From contig OZ245365.1 of the NCBI GenBank assembly GCA_965226495.1, forward strand, positions 5,248,001-5,312,000: 64,000 nt of DNA. The letters are read 5' to 3'. This DNA comes from Candidatus Marinacidobacterales bacterium. Lineage in GTDB: Bacteria; Acidobacteriota; Vicinamibacteria; Marinacidobacterales; DATDRI01. A program made the position numbers and the translations under genes. Below are positions 50,928 through 59,750 of the stretch, in pieces (the first letter of the stretch is position 1; each line of letters opens with the position of its first letter). The notes beneath the pieces are model-generated. The model had not been told where the DNA came from and ran no database searches. It was given only the letters and a program-made list of their open reading frames with translations.

Positions 50928-53339
50928 TCAGCCCCCCCGGCGTTCCCGATTCGACAATCCCCGTAGTCCCCATACTCCGAAGATGAGCGCGAGGCCCAAT
51001 AGGCTCGTGAGTTTTCCCACATCGAAAGACCTGGGCCGGTAGCGAAAATCCACGACGCTTTTCCCGCCCGGTACTCTCACGGCCCGAAACAGAAAGTTCG
51101 CCCGAAGAATCTCCGCCTCCTCGTCGTTGACGCTCGCTTCCCACCCGGGGAAGAAAGAGTCGGATAGGACCACGATCCCTTCTGAGCCGCTCTCGACCTG
51201 CAATCGCACGTGCTCGGGACGGTACGTCACCACCTGGACGTTTGTGGCTGATTCATCGACTTCGTTCTTCGGTAAGAAACCGGGTCGTTGCTCTAGGAGG
51301 ACGGTCTGGCTGGGATCGAAATCAGGAGATACCAGTCGCCGCATGACGGCCCGCGGACTCTTCAGCTCCTCGTAGTCTTGAACGAAAAATGCCCGTGGTT
51401 GTTGTTCCACGTACTGAAAGACTCGCATCTCGCCGGAGTAGAGATGCCTGAGACCGCCATGATCGAGCGGGCGCTCGCCGGGGCGAAACAAAACGTAGCG
51501 TATGTTCATGAGTCTGGCCATGGAGTTGGTGCTGAAGCTGTAGCTCTCCAGCACGTTGAAAAACGTGCGCCCGCCGCCGAGCGCCGCGTCGCCTCTGGCT
51601 CCCTCGAACTGGCGCTCCATCACAGAGTAATAGCGGACCAACCGCGCGGGGAGGAGTGAATGGTACGCGCTCGCATCGGAAATTCCGTACGCCATCAGCG
51701 AGTTGGGGCCGGCCACCCACGGGCCGAGGGGGCCCGCCGTGCGGGGCACGACGGCCAACGCGCGGTAAAGGCGATCCTCGGCCGCGATGAGATCGAACCC
51801 CTTTGTGGTTGGGAAAATCGGAAACCGCTCGACCGACGTCACGGGATTCTGGTGCGCCGGAAATCGGATCAAGTCGGCCGCCGCGAGGCATATCAGGGAT
51901 AGGATCATGGCTCGTGGAGAAAACCTCCCCACGCCGTAAAAGTAGAGGACCGCAAGGAGGGCGGCCATCAAACCGAACGCGGTTCCAAGCTCGAGCATTG
52001 CGTTGCCCGACGGCGAAGTCGGTCCGGCGCTCAGGGAGATGATGGCAAGGCTCACCGAAGCAACTGCCGCTAGAGCCATGGCGGCGCCCAGAGATTTCAT
52101 GCTCGTGGGCGGGCTTTTTACCAACCTGTCCGCACCCAGTGCCGCCAATGCCGAGAACGCGACCGTCGAAACAGCCGCAAAAGTATGGACGTAACGCAAG
52201 CCTGCGATAGGGGGAAAGACCAAGTAGATCAAATAGAGTAGCGGCGTGCCAGAGGCAACGAGGTAGGTACCGACCCCCGCAAAAAGAAGGGATCCCTTGA
52301 TTCTCCACTCCCCCCCTCGTAGCGAGACGAGTGCAAGCACCAGTGCGACGATCCCGATGTACAACTGCGCCATACGCGGAGGGCTGAAGGACATGCGATC
52401 GGGGTCCGTGCCAAGCACACGGGGAGAGAGCAACGTTGCAAGGCTCGCAACGGGCGCGCCGCGAGCACTTAGTTCTTCATAGCTTCTACCACCGCGTTGG
52501 CTGAGGCCAACGAGCTCCAGATGAGGCAGGAGTTGTATGCCGGAGAGCATCGCCGCAAGCACGACCCCCGTCCCCACTTGCAGAAGTGCCCTCCCCCATA
52601 TCGAAGCACCTTTACCGATGAGGCGCCCCAGAAGGAAGAACGCGATCAGGATCCAGGACGAAAGGACATCGGGCAACGAGCCCGCGAGTAGCTGAAACCC
52701 TGCCGCGAGGGCGAGGATTGCAACGCTTCCACGGATCCCCTGGATAATGCCCTCTACGGCAAACAGAAGGAGCGGCAGCCAGATCAACGTGTCCGAAACG
52801 TAGTTGAGTGGCGCTCTTACGGCGAGGGCACTGCTCCACCCGAAGGCCATGCCACCCAGGATACAAGCTGCCTTGCCGCAACCAAGTCGTCTCAGGAACC
52901 AAAACTGGAAGACCGCGGCAAGAACCAAGTGCAGAAGCATCTCCAAATTGCGGGACCCGGGTGCCGAAAGCAGCAGCCCGGGCCAAACGAGCGGGTAGAA
53001 CACTCGATTGAAGCCCGTCGCCAAATGAGGGATCCCACTTCCGAGGTAAGGATTCCAAAGAGGTACTTCGCCTTCTCGCATCCGTTCTCTCGTGTAGAGA
53101 TCAAGCGGATACAGCTGCATGACCGCATCGTTTTGCCTCGGGTTCGCGCTCACAGCCGACGGGGCCATGCTTTTCCAGGGATAAAACGCCTCGTAGAGCC
53201 AGTCGGTGGGAAGGATGACACCACCGGTGAGGATGCCCGGGTAGGTCAGAGCGGCGAGAAACAGTAGAAAAATGATCGGGAGCAGGGACCCCGCCAGGAT
53301 CCGCCTGTTGGTTCGTTCGGAGGTGTTTGGAGATTCCAC
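50928..53339 (-). CDS. YfhO-family polytopic membrane protein (GT-C-like)
   Basis: PLWNPYLGSGIP, many TM helices, FFPGWEASVN..RANFLFRAV..FRYRP. Confidence 0.88.
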   Translation of the reverse strand: MESPNTSERTNRRILAGSLLPIIFLLFLAALTYPGILTGGVILPTDWLYEAFYPWKSMAPSAVSANPRQNDAVMQLYPLDLYTRERMREGEVPLWNPYLGSGIPHLATGFNRVFYPLVWPGLLLSAPGSRNLEMLLHLVLAAVFQFWFLRRLGCGKAACILGGMAFGWSSALAVRAPLNYVSDTLIWLPLLLFAVEGIIQGIRGSVAILALAAGFQLLAGSLPDVLSSWILIAFFLLGRLIGKGASIWGRALLQVGTGVVLAAMLSGIQLLPHLELVGLSQRGGRSYEELSARGAPVASLATLLSPRVLGTDPDRMSFSPPRMAQLYIGIVALVLALVSLRGGEWRIKGSLLFAGVGTYLVASGTPLLYLIYLVFPPIAGLRYVHTFAAVSTVAFSALAALGADRLVKSPPTSMKSLGAAMALAAVASVSLAIISLSAGPTSPSGNAMLELGTAFGLMAALLAVLYFYGVGRFSPRAMILSLICLAAADLIRFPAHQNPVTSVERFPIFPTTKGFDLIAAEDRLYRALAVVPRTAGPLGPWVAGPNSLMAYGISDASAYHSLLPARLVRYYSVMERQFEGARGDAALGGGRTFFNVLESYSFSTNSMARLMNIRYVLFRPGERPLDHGGLRHLYSGEMRVFQYVEQQPRAFFVQDYEELKSPRAVMRRLVSPDFDPSQTVLLEQRPGFLPKNEVDESATNVQVVTYRPEHVRLQVESGSEGIVVLSDSFFPGWEASVNDEEAEILRANFLFRAVRVPGGKSVVDFRYRPRSFDVGKLTSLLGLALIFGVWGLRGLSNRERRGG

Positions 53340-53353
53340 GCCTAGGCACTAGC

Positions 53354-54103
53354 TCAGGGGCGAGGTGAACGCATTCCACCGGCGCGTAGTCTAAGCGCGA
53401 TGACGTCCCATAGCATCCGGGCTGAATCCAAAACCGCGTGCACCCTGCTCTCCGGTACATGCTGCCAGGAGACCGGTACCTCAACGGTCTTGAAACCAAG
53501 CTGGCCCGCCAGATAAAGGATCTCTACGTCGAAGGCGAAGCGATCGATGTGGGCACGGGCGAAGATCTCGCGAGCCTCACCAGCGCGCAACAGTTTGAAG
53601 CCGCATTGCGTATCGTGGAAGCTCGACAAACCAAGCGAGCGAACTATGAAGTTGAAGACCTTCCCCATCCGATCTCGATAAAAGGGTTGGCGAATGTGAA
53701 TGTCCGATTCGGCAAGCGCCCGAGAGCCGCACACAACGGCGTGGCCGTTTCGTGCAAAAGGCTCCAACCGCTCCAGGTCTTCGATGGGTGCGGCAAGATC
53801 AGCGTCCGTGATCAGAATGAACTCTCCCGCACTCTCCTCGACGCCGCGGCGCACCGCCGCTCCCTTCCCTTGATTGGTCGCCAATGCCAGCACTCTTAGC
53901 TCGGGGTCTCCGCGTCGTGCGACGGTCTCTGCGGTTCCGTCCCCGCTACCATCATCGACGACCAGGACTTCGAAAGACTCGCCTCGCGACCTCATGTATG
54001 CGAGCACGCGGTCCAGCGTCGGGCCGATCCGCGTTGCCTCGTTGTAAGCCGGTATGACGACCGATAGGCGTGGGCTTTCGCTCATCCGGCGTGAGGTTAG
54101 CAC
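53354..54103 (-). CDS. GT2 polyprenol-phosphate glycosyltransferase
   Basis: VVIPAYNE, VVDDGS.D, NQGKG, DAD, DTQCGFK, FAFDVE. Confidence 0.92.
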   Translation of the reverse strand: MLTSRRMSESPRLSVVIPAYNEATRIGPTLDRVLAYMRSRGESFEVLVVDDGSGDGTAETVARRGDPELRVLALATNQGKGAAVRRGVEESAGEFILITDADLAAPIEDLERLEPFARNGHAVVCGSRALAESDIHIRQPFYRDRMGKVFNFIVRSLGLSSFHDTQCGFKLLRAGEAREIFARAHIDRFAFDVEILYLAGQLGFKTVEVPVSWQHVPESRVHAVLDSARMLWDVIALRLRAGGMRSPRP

Positions 54104-54147
54104 ATCCCGCGCGGGTGCCAGAACTCGAGACGACGCCTGCTAGTGCC

Positions 54148-55473
54148 CTAGGCGAGCCCCTCGCGCGGCATGGCAACAACCTCCCGCATGGCTTCCGTGA
54201 GTCGCTCCGAAAGGGCAAGGCTATCGGAGATAGAGCGATCGTGGGGAAGTAGATGCGAGGTGTCTCCCGCCACCAGGTTCGGCACGGGAGTCCGGATGGG
54301 AGCGAGTCGACGCGAAAAACCCACTGGACACACCGGCTGGGCGTGGGGCGCTCGAAAGACTCGGTAGTCAAGTACCGACTCGCGATCGAAGCCGGGGCGG
54401 ATTTCTGAGATGGCCTGGACCGTTTCTTCGAAGACCTCTTCATCGGGGCGGCGGTACTCGGGATCCTCCGAAGAAACATAGTGGGGCGAGTAAATCAAAT
54501 GGTGGCCACCGAAGGCTTCTGGTGGGTTGAGGTTGGTGTACTCGATGAGCCCGACGATCGGCACCGCGTCGTCGTTGACGTTGATCCAGAAGTAGGGCGA
54601 CACTCGTTCCTTCGTTTTCAAGATGATGCAGCGGACTCCGATATTCCCCAGATCTAGTGCGGCCCGTCGATACTCCGCAGGGAGGTTCTGTCCGATTCGA
54701 ACCAGGATCGACAGCGGGATCGTAGACAAGAGTGCGTCGGCCGGATAGTCCACTCCTCCGGCCCGCGCACCGACCACCCAACCCTTCTCGAGAGCTATTT
54801 CCTCTACGGGCGTTTCGCATCGAATAACACCACCCTGGGATTCGATGGCGCTTACGAGCGCATTGACAACTACTTGCGATCCACCGCCCTCGACGTAGCC
54901 CAGCCACTCCTCGAAAAAACCCCGGCGCGAGCTTCCCAAACGGCGGATACGGCTCCAGATCCAGGCCGCCGAAAGGCTATCGGTCTCCTCTGCAAACTTC
55001 TCTCGAAGCAGAGGCTCCCAGATTACCCGGTACGACTCCTCCCCCTCTCCCCGCAGCAGCCAATCGCGCGCCCGTACATCCTCGAGCGCCTTCCAGTCTT
55101 TTCGACGTCTGGCCGACAGGATGTGCAACCCGTATCGAAACCGGGACATCATCGATAGCGGGGCAAATCGAAGCAGTGACAGTGGGTCCCCGAAGGGATG
55201 CAACCGACCGTCGTAGTACATCGCCATCCCGGTTCGCTGCCAACGTAGCCGGTCCTCAAGGCCGAGCCGTTTTAGCCACCGGAAATAGACGTGATCGGAT
55301 CCACAGATGAAGTGATAGAACTTCTCTACCTGAGTTCCGCCAAAGTCGAAAGACCCCGCCAATCCGCCCGGAGACGGCCCCGTTTCCAGAACCGTGACTT
55401 CATGGCCATCTTGTAGAAGCTCGTAGGCCGATGCGAGACCCATGACGCCCGCGCCGATGATGACGATCCTCAA
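54148..55473 (-). CDS. NAD(P)/FAD-dependent oxidoreductase (amine oxidase/PPO-like)
   Basis: GAGVMGL, GGLA, EKFYHF, AQPV. Confidence 0.88.
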   Translation of the reverse strand: MRIVIIGAGVMGLASAYELLQDGHEVTVLETGPSPGGLAGSFDFGGTQVEKFYHFICGSDHVYFRWLKRLGLEDRLRWQRTGMAMYYDGRLHPFGDPLSLLRFAPLSMMSRFRYGLHILSARRRKDWKALEDVRARDWLLRGEGEESYRVIWEPLLREKFAEETDSLSAAWIWSRIRRLGSSRRGFFEEWLGYVEGGGSQVVVNALVSAIESQGGVIRCETPVEEIALEKGWVVGARAGGVDYPADALLSTIPLSILVRIGQNLPAEYRRAALDLGNIGVRCIILKTKERVSPYFWINVNDDAVPIVGLIEYTNLNPPEAFGGHHLIYSPHYVSSEDPEYRRPDEEVFEETVQAISEIRPGFDRESVLDYRVFRAPHAQPVCPVGFSRRLAPIRTPVPNLVAGDTSHLLPHDRSISDSLALSERLTEAMREVVAMPREGLA

Positions 55474-55603
55474 GCTAGCCCCGTTTCCTCAAGAACGACT
55501 CCTTCCATCCAATATTGCAAAAGGCGTTCAGCTTGCCTTGTGTCTCGCTTCCAAGTCAAACCTTTTCGACATTCTCTCCACGTTCGACCTTTCTTGATCT
55601 TTC

Positions 55604-57502
55604 TTACCTGGCGAGGGCGAACTTCTCGGCGATGGAAGAGACATAGAAGCTGATGCCATAATAGGCGACCAGTGAGTAATAGGCCGCGGCGAGCCATCGC
55701 CCACGAGGAAGTGAGCGGCGAGCCCAGGCGAGGGCCGTTCCTCCCGCCAACGAGATCAAAGGAGCAACCCAAAGAATCTCCTTCACCTTGTTAAAGAGAT
55801 CGGGAGCGCTCGCACGCAAAAAGATGAGAGCGACGAAAGTGAGAGCCCAAGCCAGCAGCAGGCGAGATAGAAAGGGACTAGGTCTTCGCAAGTACCAGAC
55901 GAGCGCGCCCCCCGCGATCAACGGAATGTAAACTCCGCCGTAGAAGATCCAGTATCGCCGGATCAACAAGGATATCGTTCCGCCGAGAGAGACGCCCTCA
56001 CCTTCCGACTCTCCGGCCAGAAAGGCCGGAGCCAGTTCCAACAAAAACACGCCTACGAACTCTCGATAGACGACGGCCATCACGATCACCGCGACTCCAG
56101 CCGAGCCGGCCAAGAGCGCAAATCCATCTCGGCGTAGCCCGGGCACCATGCTCACCACGAGAAGGAGGCCGAACACCGGGAAGAAGATGCCGAAACTCAC
56201 GAGGCTTCCGGGATAAGAAGCGAGCGCCAACGTCAGTAAGACCAGGGTCAGCCACTGATACCGCTTGCCGTCCGACGTTCTGGGAAAGAGAGAGGCCAAT
56301 ACCAGGGTGTCCAGAAAATGCGCAAACACTGCCGCCAGGAAGGCGAAAGGTAGGCGAGAAAAAGCGGCAGGCGAGAAGGCGGTCAAAGCCGCGCTCCACA
56401 AACCAATCTCGGTCCCTCCCAAACGGCGGCCGAGGTAGAAAACGATCAGGACTTGGAGTGCGGAAAGACAACACGCGACCAGCTTCATCGTCGCGATCAG
56501 CGTAAAGAAGTCGAGGTCAAGCGGCAGGAAGAGAGAATGGAACACCGGCGAGAACGGAAACGCGTAGGTCTTGCCCATCGCACCCTGCGTCCACACTCCC
56601 TGCTTGGCGATGTAATGAGAGGGTTGCGCCCAAAAATCGAGTCCCGCTTCTGAGACAATCTCGGTGAGGTCGGCATGCGAACGCAGATCGGGATGGTAGT
56701 AGAGAGGATGAAACAATCCTCCCGCTCTCACTAGAAAAGCCACCACAAAAACTATGGGAAGAAGCGGAGCACCGACCCTTTTCGCCCAGGGGGAGAAGAG
56801 CATGGCTCCCACGCTCACGATGAGCCCAGGGAGGATCAAAGCATCGAGCACGTGACCAAGAGCGAAGGGTCCGGCCAGACTACCGTAAAGAGCCAAGGCA
56901 GCGGGAAGGCTCGCTCCGATTACGAGCGCCCATCGATCGTCTTGCAGACAAATTCGAGCCAATAACCAAAAGGCCACCGAGAGCAGAGCGCTCCAAAGCA
57001 GTATCGAACTTCCTGGCACGACGCGACCGCGCGGGTCCTGAGGCTCGAGACGCAGCCAGTCCATCCGAAGCCCGCGGTTTTTTCGTTCGTGTGAGTCCAC
57101 CACAAACTCGACATCGAGTGGTTGACTACTCAGAACACTTCCCGGAATAGCCACCGATCGCTCGTAGTAGGTTCCTCCACGAACCGAGAACTGATCGGCG
57201 GGAACTCCGTTGACGCGGAGCTCTACTTCGGCGGTCTCGCCGTACACGCGGGAGAAACGGTACTCCAACTCGAATCGACCCCCCGCGAGCCGCAACGGCA
57301 GGCGCACGTTGCTTTGGTAGCTACTCCAATGCGTTGCGAGCCCATCGGGATCGATTTCCCAGCGCGGCTCGTAACCCTCCAGGTAGTCATGGTCGCCGGG
57401 ACCGAAGTTGAAATGGACGCGAGGCTCGATCCAACCACTCAAGACGGGAGCGAGAGCACCCATCCCTGCGACAACTAGGAAGGCGATGATCCGGATAGCC
57501 AT
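55604..57502 (-). CDS. Polytopic membrane protein, possible GT-C glycosyltransferase
   Basis: 632 aa, many TM helices, HPD loop, AFPFSP motif; glycosylation gene neighbourhood. Confidence 0.7.
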   Translation of the reverse strand: MAIRIIAFLVVAGMGALAPVLSGWIEPRVHFNFGPGDHDYLEGYEPRWEIDPDGLATHWSSYQSNVRLPLRLAGGRFELEYRFSRVYGETAEVELRVNGVPADQFSVRGGTYYERSVAIPGSVLSSQPLDVEFVVDSHERKNRGLRMDWLRLEPQDPRGRVVPGSSILLWSALLSVAFWLLARICLQDDRWALVIGASLPAALALYGSLAGPFALGHVLDALILPGLIVSVGAMLFSPWAKRVGAPLLPIVFVVAFLVRAGGLFHPLYYHPDLRSHADLTEIVSEAGLDFWAQPSHYIAKQGVWTQGAMGKTYAFPFSPVFHSLFLPLDLDFFTLIATMKLVACCLSALQVLIVFYLGRRLGGTEIGLWSAALTAFSPAAFSRLPFAFLAAVFAHFLDTLVLASLFPRTSDGKRYQWLTLVLLTLALASYPGSLVSFGIFFPVFGLLLVVSMVPGLRRDGFALLAGSAGVAVIVMAVVYREFVGVFLLELAPAFLAGESEGEGVSLGGTISLLIRRYWIFYGGVYIPLIAGGALVWYLRRPSPFLSRLLLAWALTFVALIFLRASAPDLFNKVKEILWVAPLISLAGGTALAWARRSLPRGRWLAAAYYSLVAYYGISFYVSSIAEKFALAR

Positions 57503-57592
57503 GAGGTGGTATTACGGACGAAATCTTACCATCTTCCCAAGAGGGAGTGATTTATGAAGAGGGGCACGACCGAGGTGGAAGTTGGAACGGTA

Positions 57593-58192
57593 CTACGAGG
57601 GACTTTCGGAAGCAGGCGGCTTGGATCCGAGGAGCAGTTCCCGGGCCTTCTCGTGAACCCGGGCGCGGTACGCCAAACCGCCGAGCCCACTCTTGACGAG
57701 TATAGGATTGACTTTGTTGATCAGGTCATCCCAGCTCACCCATCGGGCGGACTCGATTTCGTTCGTGTCCACGGGTGAGAGCTCGTCGCCACTGTCCGCG
57801 GCGGGCTTAGCCACCATGACATGAGTCGTCCAGGGAGAAGTATCACTTCCGTGATTGAAACTCACGTGGACGCGCATCAAATAGCCATCGATCTCGACCT
57901 TCAGTCCGGTTTCCTCCCAAGTCTCTCTCGTCGCTCCATCCAAGAACGACTCCTCAGGATGGATCCCTCCGGAAGGCGCACGATAAGCCTCCGGCGGGTA
58001 CTTGGGCTTTCGGATCACGGCCAACTCGTCGCCCCGAAGCACTAGCACCGTGACGTCATGTGCTCGCCGCAACTCGACGTGCTTCCGCAGCTGAGCGAAC
58101 TCCTCGTCTTGGACCTCGAAGCTCCAAACCTCCACCGCAGGCTCACCGAGCTCCATCGCCAGCTGTTGCGTGATCTGTCTCGTGATGTGCAT
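57593..58192 (-). CDS. NUDIX hydrolase
   Basis: GGIHPEES..GATRETWEETG Nudix box. Confidence 0.88.
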   Translation of the reverse strand: MHITRQITQQLAMELGEPAVEVWSFEVQDEEFAQLRKHVELRRAHDVTVLVLRGDELAVIRKPKYPPEAYRAPSGGIHPEESFLDGATRETWEETGLKVEIDGYLMRVHVSFNHGSDTSPWTTHVMVAKPAADSGDELSPVDTNEIESARWVSWDDLINKVNPILVKSGLGGLAYRARVHEKARELLLGSKPPASESPS

Positions 58193-58203
58193 AGGCCCTT
58201 TCC

Positions 58204-58776
58204 CTACACTCCGTCCTCACTGCGGAGTAGTCGGACGAAGTCGCGAATCACAGTCGGGGAAACCCAGTCTCGGGGCCCGATGATCTTCGCGACCAACTTT
58301 CCGTCACGATCCACCACATAGGTTTCGGGGTACTTGAAGGTCGAGAAGCGATGGGCGATCTTCCCACCCCGATCATGAAGAATGGGCAAGCTCAGATCGT
58401 ACTCCTCCCGAAAGAGCGCCACATCCTGCAGATTCTCGTCGACCGCCGCCGCTAGGACCTGGAGACCTTTTTCACCCAACGCCTGTTGGAGTTTCTGTAG
58501 GGAGGGCATTTCTTCCACGCATGGTGGGCACCACGTCGCCCAGAAATTCAACACGACAACGTCGCCACGGAAATCGGAGAGGCGAACGGTGCGCCCTTCC
58601 AGATCGGGTAGAATCACTTCGGGGACCGGCTGGCCGATGGTCGGTAACTCGGCCCGGTCGACGCAAGCCGCTACACCTAGGACCAGCAGTAGTAGCAATA
58701 GTAGCAGGGGAGCAGTGCGCGGCAAACCTAGTGCCGTTCCAACTAAATCAGCCCGGATCTTAGGATAACTATGCAT
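58204..58776 (-). CDS. TlpA/ResA thioredoxin-like disulfide reductase
   Basis: LNFWATWCPPCVEEMP, YPET. Confidence 0.92.
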   Translation of the reverse strand: MHSYPKIRADLVGTALGLPRTAPLLLLLLLLVLGVAACVDRAELPTIGQPVPEVILPDLEGRTVRLSDFRGDVVVLNFWATWCPPCVEEMPSLQKLQQALGEKGLQVLAAAVDENLQDVALFREEYDLSLPILHDRGGKIAHRFSTFKYPETYVVDRDGKLVAKIIGPRDWVSPTVIRDFVRLLRSEDGV

Positions 58777-58793
58777 GGTAAGTTGGAACGGTA

Positions 58794-59627
58794 CTATTCT
58801 TTTCCGCCGACGTCCGCCAGCTCGTCCACCGAAGCAACGGCACGAGCCGGGTCATCGGTCATGATCCCATCGACTCCCCAACTCAACAAACGTCTGATGT
58901 GAACCGGCTCGTTGACGGTCCAAACGTGAACTTCCAGATCGAGCCGATGCGCGGCTTCTATGAAGTTCACCGAAGTTACCCGCCGTAGGCCGAAGTATTC
59001 CGGAACCTGCAGCGCTTCGCCTGGAGCTCGATAGCCGTCATCGGCGCCCCCCCGGAGCCATGCTAGGAACTCGCGGACTTCCGTCTTGCTGAAGCTGGTG
59101 GGAACATCTCCATCCAGAGATCGAAATTCCTTCAGATGCTGGTGTTCATGGGAGGCGACCAGAACTCTCTCCGACGCTTGGCAACGGCGGATGACCTCCA
59201 AGACTGCGGCTCCGATCCCTTTGCGCGTTTTCTTGATCTCGATGGTGAATCGCGCATCGGGAAACTCCCTCAAGACCTCCTCGAGCGTCGGGATCGCCAA
59301 ACCCTTTTCCCGATACGGGTAGGAGCGGCCGCGATCTAGCGTAAACTCGTGCCCGGCGTCCAGGCGGCGGATCCCATCGAGTGTCATTTTCTCAACCCTA
59401 CCGCGGCGTCCGGTGGTTCGAGACACCGAGTTGTCGTGGATAACGACGACCTGCCCGTCGGCGGTCAGGTGAACATCCAATTCCAAATAGGGAGCGCCGG
59501 CGTTTCGCGCCAGTCGGAAGGACTCGACTGTGTTCTCGGGAGCGAGCGCGCTCGCTCCACGATGAGCAAAGAGCCGCGGTTCCGGTCCGGAGAAAAAACC
59601 ATTTTTCTTCCTCCTGTCGATGACCAA
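58794..59627 (-). CDS. Glycerophosphodiester phosphodiesterase
   Basis: AHRGAS..APENT, ELDV, IHD, WTVN, VDGIMTD. Confidence 0.92.
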   Translation of the reverse strand: MVIDRRKKNGFFSGPEPRLFAHRGASALAPENTVESFRLARNAGAPYLELDVHLTADGQVVVIHDNSVSRTTGRRGRVEKMTLDGIRRLDAGHEFTLDRGRSYPYREKGLAIPTLEEVLREFPDARFTIEIKKTRKGIGAAVLEVIRRCQASERVLVASHEHQHLKEFRSLDGDVPTSFSKTEVREFLAWLRGGADDGYRAPGEALQVPEYFGLRRVTSVNFIEAAHRLDLEVHVWTVNEPVHIRRLLSWGVDGIMTDDPARAVASVDELADVGGKE

Positions 59628-59750
59628 TCTGGATGTTCTCCTATTCGAATCTCGCTAACGCTCAGGCTCCGGCCGGATCGCGAATCGAGCCCGGGGAATG
59701 CGTCGCCGAACCGGCGAGCCGCAGGCAAGCAAGCCGCTGCCACGGTCTTA

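Noticed and set aside
55474-55603. Possible C-terminal remnant of a GT4 glycosyltransferase (GLTWKRDTRQAERLL)
   Set aside because: The resemblance is too short and weak to support without a search
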